A stretch of 39,505 nt of DNA from the UHGV virus genome UHGV-1361754. One strand, given 5' to 3'. Source of the DNA: a virus. The notes beneath the pieces were generated by a model. That model saw nothing but the letters and a program-made list of their open reading frames with translations. It ran no database searches and was not told where the DNA came from. Made by a program: the position numbers and the translations under genes. Positions 26,100 to 34,254 of the stretch are shown here, piece by piece; the stretch's first letter is position 1; every line of letters begins with the position of its first letter.

Positions 26100-26470
26100 T
26101 ACTGTTCCTCCAATAACTCGCTATTCTCCCAAATATTTCCAATGACTTCGTATTCCACAGGAATAACGGATGAATACCCCATTCTTGTATAAACATTGAA
26201 TCCGATGTAATAAACAAGATCACCAAAATCCTCTTCATGCCTTTGTTCCCCAAATGTCACTATTTTTTTCATGCCATCTGCAAGAACGATATCTCCTTCA
26301 AATATCTCCACACCATTCTTATCTTTCAGTCCTGTGGATTGCATAAGCACATATTTATCTGGAGCCATTTCAGCATGAGTGATCAACCTTCCTGCTTGCC
26401 CATATTTCATTTCTTGTCCAATTGTTTTACCTTTAAATGGTGTGTACCACGCTCGAAATCTCGGTATCAT
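26099..26470 (-). CDS. YopX-family protein
   Basis: MIPRFRAWY ... DKNGVEIFEGDIV motifs characteristic of YopX. Confidence 0.6.
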   Translation of the reverse strand: MIPRFRAWYTPFKGKTIGQEMKYGQAGRLITHAEMAPDKYVLMQSTGLKDKNGVEIFEGDIVLADGMKKIVTFGEQRHEEDFGDLVYYIGFNVYTRMGYSSVIPVEYEVIGNIWENSELLEEQ

Positions 26471-26784
26471 TTGCTGTCCTCCATGTATTCGTCTAATATC
26501 TCTCTATACTTTTCTACAAATTTGAAACGATCTTGATGAAGTTTCTTGCTCCAATTTGTTTGCCGATCCAGCTCACGCATCTGATCGAACCCTTTTTGAA
26601 TTTCGTTGTAATAAAATTCAATGTTTGCCGCTGCTTTCCAATGCCTGCTACTTCGCACTCCTGCTCCTGTTTCAGCCATTTCTAACTTAACTAATTCAGC
26701 TCGTTCTTTTGATTTTTTATCTTTCTGAATCTTCATCATGATTTTCTTGAGGATGATATCACTGTATTGTGTAATGAGATCCAT
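26467..26784 (-). CDS. Hypothetical protein (105 aa)
   Basis: Strong RBS GGAGGAG 5 nt before ATG 26784. Overlaps the upstream gene by 49 nt. Confidence 0.45.
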   Translation of the reverse strand: MDLITQYSDIILKKIMMKIQKDKKSKERAELVKLEMAETGAGVRSSRHWKAAANIEFYYNEIQKGFDQMRELDRQTNWSKKLHQDRFKFVEKYREILDEYMEDSK

Positions 26785-27089
26785 TTTTTCTCCTCCACAT
26801 ACCTAAACCGTCTTCCTTTTGAATCAATATCCATATTCTTCGCTCTATCCCAGATGATGTTTTTGCTCAGACCAGTAATTTCAGATAACTGTTCAGCAGT
26901 ACCTGTTACTAGAATTCGATCACCATGCCAAATTGCAATTTTTCTCGGCGTTCTCCGTTTGGTTTTTTCAGCCCACATTGATTTGCCGAGCTTTTGGACT
27001 TCTGCAACTATTTCTTTGTCTTCTTGCCAATTCTCAGAATGTGTCAGTTCGATGATTCGTTTCATTGTTGCTTTCTTATCCACGCTCAT
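26736..27089 (-). CDS. Hypothetical protein (117 aa, basic, possibly DNA-binding)
   Basis: ATG overlaps the stop of the small upstream ORF (ATGA). Confidence 0.45.
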   Translation of the reverse strand: MSVDKKATMKRIIELTHSENWQEDKEIVAEVQKLGKSMWAEKTKRRTPRKIAIWHGDRILVTGTAEQLSEITGLSKNIIWDRAKNMDIDSKGRRFRYVEEKKWISLHNTVISSSRKS

Positions 27090-27248
27090 TCCTCCAATCT
27101 ACGAATTTCCCTTCTTAAATTCACTATGTGTAAATCGATTGCCTTTCTCGCCGTTTCATTGACCATCACTGCCTTTGTTCGTTCCAGATCGTCAATTTCA
27201 CGTTGAATGCTTCGAATACGCATTTGAATCACTTCTTCTGTTGTCATG
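27084..27248 (-). CDS. Small coiled-coil 54-aa ORF (MTTEEVIQMRIRSIQREIDDLERTKAVMVNETARKAIDLHIVNLRREIRRLEE)
   Basis: Below the ORF-track cutoff. RBS GAGGTGG 6 nt upstream. ATGA coupling to the next gene. Confidence 0.4.
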
Positions 27249-27261
27249 ATGGACCACCTCG

Positions 27262-27621
27262 TTAAAAACGCTCTTCCTTGAACGTATTCCGATATTTTTT
27301 AGCTAATATCAACGGCACTTGATATTGATGACAGAACAACTTTGCCTTGATCTTAAAGTCTTTTGTCTGCATTCCTTTGACATCTACGACTTTGACAAGC
27401 TTGCCGTTTTTATAAAATGTGAAGTCAGGAATATACTCGATCTTGCGATACTTCTTTCCGTCTAGTTCAAATTTCGGCATTAGCTCAAATCGTTCCTGAA
27501 GTTTTACTTTCCAGCCGTTCGCTTCCGCTTGCCACAAGGCTAGATCGTAATACTCTGCTTCTGCGATAGAATCAAACTTGATACCTCGATGAACAGTCTT
27601 TTTATTACGGTATTTATTCAT
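27262..27621 (-). CDS. DUF1064-family phage protein (replication-module associated)
   Basis: MNKYRNKKTVHRGIKFDSIAEAEYY N-terminus, typical of DUF1064 proteins downstream of the DnaC-like loader. Confidence 0.55.
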   Translation of the reverse strand: MNKYRNKKTVHRGIKFDSIAEAEYYDLALWQAEANGWKVKLQERFELMPKFELDGKKYRKIEYIPDFTFYKNGKLVKVVDVKGMQTKDFKIKAKLFCHQYQVPLILAKKYRNTFKEERF

Positions 27622-28469
27622 GCGATACTACCTTTCACTGGTTTTATACGCTTGTCTGCTGTTTGTTGGAATTTCAGCGCATAACCTTCTGAATTCTTAA
27701 ATATCCTAGAAACAATTCTTTCGCCGTAGGCTTCTCTTAGTTCAGGACCAGATAAGTTTGTTGTGATGATCGTTGCCTTGTTCTGTCTGGCTTCTAAGAG
27801 CGTGTTTAACGTGTTGTTTGTAAACTGCCTACTATTTGATACCCCACTACCTAATTCAGCTCCAATATCGTCAAAAACCACCAAATCAGTTGTTTTAATA
27901 TCGGCTATAAGCGATCCTTCAATTTCTTTTCTCAGTTCAGCATTGTTATAAGAAAACTTTATTTGCTCTAATAATTCTTGATAGCTTATAAAAAGTATTT
28001 TCTTGTCATAATTTGAGCGCTCAAGTATTTCCCAAGCTGTAGCCATTGATAAGTGGCTTTTCCCGCTTCCTGATTTCCCTGATAGAATAAAATGTGCAGG
28101 ATGGTTCAGCAGAACCTCATTCGTATAGCTTTTTGCTTTTTCTAAAGCGATTTTTGTTTCTTGATCCACTACGTGATAATTTTCCATTTTGCATTTAAAC
28201 AAAGTTTTATCTGTTAATACCGAACCATTTTGAAAAAAACTCAACGCTCGTGCTTTTAAGCTGTCGTTATATATCCGTTCGGTCTGTATATCCTCTTTCA
28301 CACGTAACGCTTTATAACCACAACTCATGCATGTGGGTTTACAACGTTCTGAACCATCCTTATTTTTAGCTCGCCAACTATACAAAGGTTCGCTACATTC
28401 TGGACATTTTCCGCTTTGCACTAATACTCTTCTTATTAGCTTCTCCATAGCATTTGCTAGGCTTTCCAT
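27618..28469 (-). CDS. DnaC/IstB-like helicase loader ATPase with N-terminal Cys-rich region
   Basis: Walker A GKSGSGKSHL, Walker B LVVFDDIG. Start reassigned to ATG 28469 (RBS AAGGAG 9 nt upstream), just after the DnaD-like stop. The 324-aa track ORF over-extends. Confidence 0.8.
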   Translation of the reverse strand: MESLANAMEKLIRRVLVQSGKCPECSEPLYSWRAKNKDGSERCKPTCMSCGYKALRVKEDIQTERIYNDSLKARALSFFQNGSVLTDKTLFKCKMENYHVVDQETKIALEKAKSYTNEVLLNHPAHFILSGKSGSGKSHLSMATAWEILERSNYDKKILFISYQELLEQIKFSYNNAELRKEIEGSLIADIKTTDLVVFDDIGAELGSGVSNSRQFTNNTLNTLLEARQNKATIITTNLSGPELREAYGERIVSRIFKNSEGYALKFQQTADKRIKPVKGSIA

Positions 28470-28485
28470 GTGATGCATCTCCTTT

Positions 28486-29316
28486 TTAAATTGGCAAGTC
28501 GTCATATTCACTAGGATTGCTGTACTGTAGTTTTTGACTTTGCTTTTTATGATTCTTCTTGTCTGCTTTGATTTCGAATTTGAGCTTCTCAAATTTTTCT
28601 CTCAATTTCTTAGCACTTCTAATATTTCCAAACCAAAATTCATTTGTAGGTAGCCAATTGATCACATACTCAATCGCTTCTATAGAGGCTTTATCTCTTT
28701 CTTCCATCAACCTGATTGTGTCTGCCCATTTTTCGATATCTACTTTATTCATTTCTTTTGGAAAATCTTCAGTTAAATTACTTTGCAACTTTTTAGCAAG
28801 GCGTAAGTGTTCGTCAGAATACTTACCTTTCTTTTCTTCTTTATCTATATCTTTATCTTCTTCTATATCTTTATCTGTACCGTCACGTGACGTCACGCTA
28901 ACGTCATTTTCCAATTTGAGACGCTCCTGTCTCTTTCTTTCCCTGTATTTACGGTTTCTTTCAGCATTTTTTAGCCTTACTTTATCCATACCCTCGATAT
29001 TTTGATGTTTTTCCCAATTACTGATGGCAATTAGTCCATCACTGCTTAGATCAATCATGTTGAAATTTGCCAATGTAGTTAGCGCTAAGCGAACCGTATT
29101 TACGTTTTTGCCAAACAATGTAGCAAGCATTTCTTCGGTATAAGGCATGTTCCTCTGGATATATATCAGACCATCGTCGTTAGTCTTTCCTGCTAAAACT
29201 AGTAATCGAATCCATATAACGATGATGGCATCCGACTCAGGAACAGCTTGGATTAATCGTATTTTTTCATCGTCAAACATAGTAGTTTTAAGTTTGATCC
29301 AACTTATCTCAGCCAA
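28486..29316 (-). CDS. Phage replisome organizer (N-terminal phage_rep_org domain + DnaD-like C-terminal domain)
   Basis: MAEISWIKLKTTMFDDEKIRLI ... NVNTVRLALTTLANFNMIDL N-terminal region. Acidic linker region containing iteron-like DNA repeats. Confidence 0.75.
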   Translation of the reverse strand: MAEISWIKLKTTMFDDEKIRLIQAVPESDAIIVIWIRLLVLAGKTNDDGLIYIQRNMPYTEEMLATLFGKNVNTVRLALTTLANFNMIDLSSDGLIAISNWEKHQNIEGMDKVRLKNAERNRKYRERKRQERLKLENDVSVTSRDGTDKDIEEDKDIDKEEKKGKYSDEHLRLAKKLQSNLTEDFPKEMNKVDIEKWADTIRLMEERDKASIEAIEYVINWLPTNEFWFGNIRSAKKLREKFEKLKFEIKADKKNHKKQSQKLQYSNPSEYDDLPI

Positions 29317-29318
29317 AT

Positions 29319-30005
29319 TTATCCTCCTATCCTTAACTTTTTAATTGTTTCCTGGTTTAACTTGATCCCTTTGATTTGATATTTATTTTTGAAATTGATC
29401 ACACCTATCTTGTGTTTCTCCGTGTGATGAATCCTGCAGAGTGCTGCAAATGTGTACTCTGAATGATCAACTTCTTTGCGCTTTCGTCTTCCCAGCGCTT
29501 TGTCAAAGTGATCAATATCAGCTCCTGTTTTGCCACAGATGCAACAAACTCTTTTTGTAATGCATTTGTAGAAGTAATAATCTTGATTCGCTGGTAAAAT
29601 CTCATAGCCTTCTTTGAAAGGAATATGATGTTCAAAGATGAAATCTAAGATGATATTTGCTAAGACATTGGCATCACTCACAGTTGTATTCGATTCGTCT
29701 TTCAGGCTTATTTCGCGCCCTGTGACACCTTCAAAACGGAAGTAGAAGAATTCCTTCCAGAAGTCTGTTGGCATGCCTGTATCGATGAAAATATCACCTA
29801 TCAGTGCATAGATGAAGTTTCGTTGCTGTACGGTGAACCGACGTGGATCAATAAAACGAATTTCAATGACTCGATCGCCATCATATCCGTCGTACATCGT
29901 CTTCAAACGTTCAATGTTCACTTCCTCATTGATGGTTGCGCCTATGTCTTTCCCTTTGAACTTTTTCAGAACCGCTGAATATGAATCAATCAATGGTTTA
30001 AACAC
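29319..30005 (-). CDS. DUF968-like protein with C-terminal HNH-like Cys/His cluster (putative nuclease)
   Basis: C-terminal CCICGKTGADIDHFD...HSEYTFAALCRIHHTEKH. Confidence 0.4.
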   Translation of the reverse strand: MFKPLIDSYSAVLKKFKGKDIGATINEEVNIERLKTMYDGYDGDRVIEIRFIDPRRFTVQQRNFIYALIGDIFIDTGMPTDFWKEFFYFRFEGVTGREISLKDESNTTVSDANVLANIILDFIFEHHIPFKEGYEILPANQDYYFYKCITKRVCCICGKTGADIDHFDKALGRRKRKEVDHSEYTFAALCRIHHTEKHKIGVINFKNKYQIKGIKLNQETIKKLRIGG

Positions 30006-30010
30006 TCATA

Positions 30011-30682
30011 TCACTTCTTATCTAATTCTTTTCTCTTAGCTGCTATTGCTCGCTCCATCAAGGCGCATTGCTCATAGCTTAACTGTTCAATAGTTTCAAC
30101 GTTATCAGCTAAGAGCCCTAATTTATCTGTCTGCTCATTAACATATTCAATTAAGGTTTTGGTCATATCTTTACCCATCTGCTCATTGAAAGCTTCTAGA
30201 ATCGTCTCTAGCATGTTTAATTTCTTTGTATCGATTCTAGGTGGTGTTGGAATATCTTCCCCTTGAAATACATATAATCCCAGTCCGTGTAGAGCCAATG
30301 CTTTCACAAAGCATCGCTTCAATGAGTTATTGATTTGCATTGCATTTGGTTTAACAACTGGTTGGTTTCGATAATCTAAAACAGGAAATAACTCGGTTTC
30401 CGTGTGTCCTTTAACCGTTACTGAGACAGATACATAAGTCCCTGTTTCATCCATAAGAAAAGGTTTATATTCCTCAACAAGAAAGTCTTGATGAGTTCCA
30501 GAAACAACCCTGTAGTGTTTATACTCATTAATAGTTACCGTTGCCTGTGGATCATTCTTTTTCATAATCTCCCACGCGTGAGCCCAAGATAAATAATCAA
30601 AATTTCCTTTTTTCTTGAGAATTTTATTTAACTTACGACTAAAAAGTTTTTCAAAGTTCGTTGTCCCTTTGATTTCACTCAT
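30011..30682 (-). CDS. Single-strand annealing recombinase (Erf/Rad52-like SSAP, putative)
   Basis: YLSWAHAWE and NNSLKRCFVKALALHGLGLYVFQGED motifs, resembling the conserved K-Y/C-x-L-x-GLG region of Erf/Rad52-like SSAPs. Start set at ATG 30682 (GGAGG 9 nt upstream). Confidence 0.45.
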   Translation of the reverse strand: MSEIKGTTNFEKLFSRKLNKILKKKGNFDYLSWAHAWEIMKKNDPQATVTINEYKHYRVVSGTHQDFLVEEYKPFLMDETGTYVSVSVTVKGHTETELFPVLDYRNQPVVKPNAMQINNSLKRCFVKALALHGLGLYVFQGEDIPTPPRIDTKKLNMLETILEAFNEQMGKDMTKTLIEYVNEQTDKLGLLADNVETIEQLSYEQCALMERAIAAKRKELDKK

Positions 30683-31016
30683 CAAATTCTGCCTCCATTT
30701 CAGCAATGTATTTCTTACCTGATCCGTAATAAGAGATATCAATCAAGTTATCTCTGTCGTACTCTTCTAGCGCATCAATCAAGCCATCTTCGATGACATA
30801 GATGTATTCAGGTTTTCTTGGCTGCTTCCATAGATGGATAAGGTAGACATGTCCCCAAATACTCACAAAATTGCCCAAATCGTCTTGATCACATGCTAGT
30901 TCTTCATCTGTCAAAAGATTTCGTCTGATTTTTCGGTTGTTTGTTTCCTTGATATTCGATTTGCCCCAACTAGGATCAGTCAAATATTGATCTAGAGTGG
31001 AAAGTTCTTTTTTCAT
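30675..31016 (-). CDS. Hypothetical protein (113 aa, acidic)
   Basis: ORF with 8-nt overlap to the SSAP gene. Confidence 0.45.
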   Translation of the reverse strand: MKKELSTLDQYLTDPSWGKSNIKETNNRKIRRNLLTDEELACDQDDLGNFVSIWGHVYLIHLWKQPRKPEYIYVIEDGLIDALEEYDRDNLIDISYYGSGKKYIAEMEAEFDE

Positions 31017-31194
31017 GTGGTAACATCTCCTTAGATGTATTTTCTTTGTGACTCATTGCTTTGGTCGGCTGAGTCACTTTTTTATTTGTTGCCATGCCTT
31101 TTTCTTGTCGATTTGTTGTTGGCTTAGGATGATTGGTTTATTGTGTCTCCACCAGCGATTAGCAATTACCGTCCCGATTCTTAGCGCTTCAGCT

Positions 31195-31920
31195 CTATTC
31201 ATTTTCATCACCGAAAAGTCTTTGTTGTCTGTTCAGTTGATCGATTTCCATGCGGATCGCAGTTTCTGGTAACCACATTTCAATAAATGAAACAGCATCA
31301 TCGAATCTCTTACGAGGTAACTCGCCATATCTTGGGATTGAAAAGGTACGTTTAAATTCAGACCAAAATTTTGAGAATACTTTTTTGCTGATTTCTTCAT
31401 AAGCTCGGCTTTCTTTACCTCCTAAAACTTCCATAACTTTCATATTTCCTTTTTGCTTAATTTCAAACTCTTGTTGTCCGCTAATTCGCATAGTATCTTT
31501 AAGCATGGAGACATCTTTTTTTACACCTTTCATTTCTTCTAATTGGTAGATCATCATGTCTTCAATCGTTTGAGGAACAGTATTTTTACGAATGACATCT
31601 TCCATCTCGTTGAATGCTTCAATAAATTTGAGTTTGAAACTTATTGCTTTACTTCCAGTGAATCCCATAGCTAACAAGGAAAATCCATCTCTATTCATGA
31701 AAAAAACTCTCCGACTTCTCCCATACGTGTCCGGCTCGTTTCCTTCTACAAACATCTGCTCAAAATTGAGCACATCTTCAACATTGGCCGAATTTTCGAC
31801 CGATCTTTTTACTGATTCAATTGCTTCTAGCACATGCTTATGTTTCTTTTCGAAAGCTTCAGCTACTTGCAAGCTCGTAGTCACAGCTTCTTTATTTTTC
31901 AAAATTACTAATTCTTGCAT
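31195..31920 (-). CDS. Rha-family phage regulatory protein
   Basis: MQELVILKNKEAVTTSLQVAEAFEKKHKHVLEAIE, a typical Rha N-terminus. Start reassigned to ATG 31920 (RBS AAGGAGAG). The upstream 88 codons of the track ORF are non-genic. Confidence 0.7.
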   Translation of the reverse strand: MQELVILKNKEAVTTSLQVAEAFEKKHKHVLEAIESVKRSVENSANVEDVLNFEQMFVEGNEPDTYGRSRRVFFMNRDGFSLLAMGFTGSKAISFKLKFIEAFNEMEDVIRKNTVPQTIEDMMIYQLEEMKGVKKDVSMLKDTMRISGQQEFEIKQKGNMKVMEVLGGKESRAYEEISKKVFSKFWSEFKRTFSIPRYGELPRKRFDDAVSFIEMWLPETAIRMEIDQLNRQQRLFGDENE

Positions 31921-31937
31921 TATTTCTTCTCTCCTTT

Positions 31938-31946
31938 TGGTATAAT
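31938..31946 (+). promoter_or_regulatory. Extended -10 promoter (TGgTATAAT) for the plus-strand gene 31973..32380
   Basis: tGgTATAAT, followed by RBS GGTGAAAAA and ATG 31973. Confidence 0.45.
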
Positions 31947-31972
31947 TTAGGTAAAAACTGGATGGTGAAAAA

Positions 31973-32380
31973 ATGAGTTTCGATAACACGATCACAATTT
32001 CGATTATCCTAGCTTTAGTAGCTCTTATATCCCCTTGGATTACAGCGGTTATAAATAATAAGCATGCTGAATCGATGAAGGATAAAGAAATTGAATTACA
32101 AAAACACGATTCAAAAACCCAAACAATACAAACAACTTTCTCAACATTTCTCAACAATGTGGGTATTTGTATTGGTAGTAACACTGATAAAAATATATCT
32201 GCTGTAAAAGCATCAGGTTATGCAGTCCTGCCATATATTCAAAATGAAGATATAGAGGTTATGAAAATTTTCTTAAGCCGTTTTGGTTACGGCAACACTA
32301 ATGCAGAACAAAAATCTCTTGAAACTTATTTGATTGACAAAGTATTACCTATTTTGAATAAATCATTAGAAAAACTGTAA
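31973..32380 (+). CDS. Plus-strand membrane-anchored protein divergent from the Rha gene (moron-like)
   Basis: 135 aa with an N-terminal TM helix (ITISIILALVALISPWITAVI). Own promoter. Confidence 0.5.
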   Translation: MSFDNTITISIILALVALISPWITAVINNKHAESMKDKEIELQKHDSKTQTIQTTFSTFLNNVGICIGSNTDKNISAVKASGYAVLPYIQNEDIEVMKIFLSRFGYGNTNAEQKSLETYLIDKVLPILNKSLEKL

Positions 32381-32540
32381 GCATTAGACATACTAGAACC
32401 GCATAGGATGTATACCAGTATTCGCCGCGTTTTCTCATGTAGTTATTTCCTAAAACGGCCACGAGATAAACACCTAATAAACAGAACCACACTTTAGTCA
32501 GCCCCCTCGGTTGGCTTTTTCGCTCTGTACTCAGCTTCAT
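32349..32540 (-). CDS. Small membrane ORF (about 63 aa)
   Basis: Two hydrophobic segments. Weak start context. Overlaps the 57-aa ORF 32494..32667 in the +1 frame. Confidence 0.3.
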   Translation of the reverse strand: MKLSTERKSQPRGLTKVWFCLLGVYLVAVLGNNYMRKRGEYWYTSYAVLVCLMLTVFLMIYSK

Positions 32541-32667
32541 CAAGCCCCATAAAAATCCAAACCATGTAAACGATCGTGCCGATTAATGCTTGTCTGCTTC
32601 CCCAAAGTCCTAAAGCATAGACGATTAGGGGTGCGCTAAATACTAATGCTCTGTTGAATTTACCCAT
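32494..32667 (-). CDS. Small membrane ORF (57 aa, MGKFNRALVFSAPLIVYALGLWGSRQALIGTIVYMVWIFMGLDEAEYRAKKPTEGAD)
   Basis: Below the ORF-track cutoff. Strong RBS AAGGAGG 7 nt before ATG 32667. Confidence 0.4.
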   Translation of the reverse strand: MGKFNRALVFSAPLIVYALGLWGSRQALIGTIVYMVWIFMGLDEAEYRAKKPTEGAD

Positions 32668-32894
32668 GTTTTTCCTCCTTTTAGATACTGATACAAAGCG
32701 ATACTACTAAACCTCCACTCTCTGCCAACTTTCGCTGCTGGAATCTTTCCAGATTCGGCATCTTTAGTCAGCGTGCGTGTTGTGGTTTTTAAATATTCCG
32801 CAGCTTGCTTTGTATCCCATACTTCATTTGCAATCTCAGATTCTGCCAAAGAAGCTTTGAGGTCTGAGAGGTTAACTAAAGCTAGTTGCTCCAT
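32643..32894 (-). CDS. HTH_17/excisionase-family DNA-binding protein (possible Xis or regulator)
   Basis: TKQAAEYLKTTTRTLTKDAESGKIPAAKVGREWRF, an Xis/MerR-like HTH. Confidence 0.5.
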   Translation of the reverse strand: MEQLALVNLSDLKASLAESEIANEVWDTKQAAEYLKTTTRTLTKDAESGKIPAAKVGREWRFSSIALYQYLKGGKTWVNSTEH

Positions 32895-33064
32895 TGGTTA
32901 TTTCCTCCTGTATTTATAATTCGTACATTGCAATAATCGAATCGATAACTTCGTTTGCGTAAGCCGATGTCTTTTCCCCTTCTTTCATGTGAGTGCCATC
33001 TTGCCAGACACAGTGGACTTTGATTCCGTTGGGGTATATTGTTGTTGGCATTAGGAAGCCTTCT

Positions 33065-33832
33065 TTAAAACAATTCGATATTTGGCAAAATGTCGTGTTC
33101 TTTCAAAAAGTTGTATAGAAACAAATGACCTTTTTGCGTCCACTTCATAATCGGTTTTAGATTGTCCGTCCCTTGTACTGGCACCATTTCGATATGTGTG
33201 TATCCTTCATTTTGATATTTTGCATACAACAGCCACGCCTTACCTTGTCGGTATTGGATACCAAAATCATGCAGCAACTTGTTCATTTGGATTGCGCTCA
33301 TACCATAGTTTTTAGCGATAAAACTGATTGGCGTAACGCTTTTATTTGCTAGGATAATGTCGTGATAATTTACCTTGGGCTGCATTTCAGCCACCTTTTG
33401 TTCGGCAACCAATCGCAACGTGCGTTCTTCTTTGAGTTTGGTTGCTACTTCGATTAGCAAGTCTGGATTGTTAAGTAGTTCATCTGTTGCGTACATGCCG
33501 TGTTTTCGGATTTGAGGTAGGACTTCGCTTGTTACCCAGCGTTTGAATTTCTTGGCTGAGGGTAAATTGCTTCCGAAAATCAAATCATAAATTCCACTTT
33601 CATTTATTAAAGTTGGATACTGATTTCTTCCTAATTTATCTTTAAAAGATGGGGTGGTGTTTTGGCGCCCTATAATTTTGTCTTCATCTTCAACATGTTG
33701 TTTCAAAGCATTGTTTGAATCTTTGAAGCCTAACGCTGTCGCCACATCTTTACCTACAAAATATGGTTCATCATTTACTAAAATAGTCCGAACTTCATTA
33801 TGTTCGAAATTAAAAATTTGTGGTGTATTCAT
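33065..33832 (-). CDS. Antirepressor (BRO-N + KilAC domains)
   Basis: N-terminal FNFEHNEVRTILVNDEPYFVGKDVATALGF (BRO-N) and a C-terminal KilAC-like region. Confidence 0.75.
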   Translation of the reverse strand: MNTPQIFNFEHNEVRTILVNDEPYFVGKDVATALGFKDSNNALKQHVEDEDKIIGRQNTTPSFKDKLGRNQYPTLINESGIYDLIFGSNLPSAKKFKRWVTSEVLPQIRKHGMYATDELLNNPDLLIEVATKLKEERTLRLVAEQKVAEMQPKVNYHDIILANKSVTPISFIAKNYGMSAIQMNKLLHDFGIQYRQGKAWLLYAKYQNEGYTHIEMVPVQGTDNLKPIMKWTQKGHLFLYNFLKEHDILPNIELF

Positions 33833-33855
33833 ATTTTACTTTCCTTTCTTGTTTT

Positions 33856-33874
33856 TATCTCAAATAGAGATATT
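33856..33874. promoter_or_regulatory. Operator-like palindrome TATCTCA-aat-AGAGATA upstream of the antirepressor gene
   Basis: Same half-site as the palindrome within the cro promoter. Confidence 0.45.
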
Positions 33875-33879
33875 TGATT

Positions 33880-34113
33880 TTAAAAAAATAATTCTGATAC
33901 TTTTTTGTTAAAGCTTTTTGCCAAAATGTACATTTCATAATCATGGAATGGATACTCGCCTTTTTCTTTTAACTCATATTGACGTCTTTCCAAACCAATC
34001 AAATCAGCTACGTAAGATGTAGTCCATTCATTTGCAAGCCTAGCTTTTTTGAGTTTTAACTTCGGCTTCAAAAACTCAACTCTTAAGTTTTTCTTTTTTT
34101 CCATCGTACTCAT
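33880..34113 (-). CDS. Cro-like XRE-family HTH regulator
   Basis: 77 aa, HTH_3-like (LANEWTTSYVADLIGLERRQYELKEKG). Divergent from the repressor gene. Confidence 0.7.
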   Translation of the reverse strand: MSTMEKKKNLRVEFLKPKLKLKKARLANEWTTSYVADLIGLERRQYELKEKGEYPFHDYEMYILAKSFNKKVSELFF

Positions 34114-34141
34114 GTAATCGCCTCCTTCATTTGATAAATCA

Positions 34142-34170
34142 ATAATATCTCAGATTGAGATATGTGTCAA
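34142..34170 (-). promoter_or_regulatory. Early (cro) promoter TTGACA-17-TATTAT with the operator palindrome ATATCTCA-gat-TGAGATAT (34145-34163) in the spacer
   Basis: Read on the minus strand: TTGACAcatatctcaatctgagaTATTAT, a consensus sigma-A promoter. The perfect 8-bp inverted repeat lies inside the spacer. Confidence 0.6.
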
Positions 34171-34201
34171 TAGCTTTTTATCACTTTTTGAGATATTTTT
34201 A

Positions 34202-34237
34202 TTTACACGTTTATCGCAATGTGATATTGTTATCTCA
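34202..34237 (+). promoter_or_regulatory. Repressor-gene promoter TTTACA-17-TATTGT flanked by operator half-sites (TGAGATAT at 34188-34195, TTATCTCA at 34229-34236)
   Basis: -35/-10 spacing of 17 nt. Half-sites match the operator consensus. Confidence 0.45.
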
Positions 34238-34254
34238 TGAAGGAGGTGCCTTTA

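Noticed and set aside
31921-32184. N-terminal 88 codons of the 329-aa Rha track ORF
   Set aside because: No RBS at 32184. The Rha homology begins at MQELVILKN (ATG 31920), which has a good RBS, and the upstream region contains the divergent plus-strand promoter.
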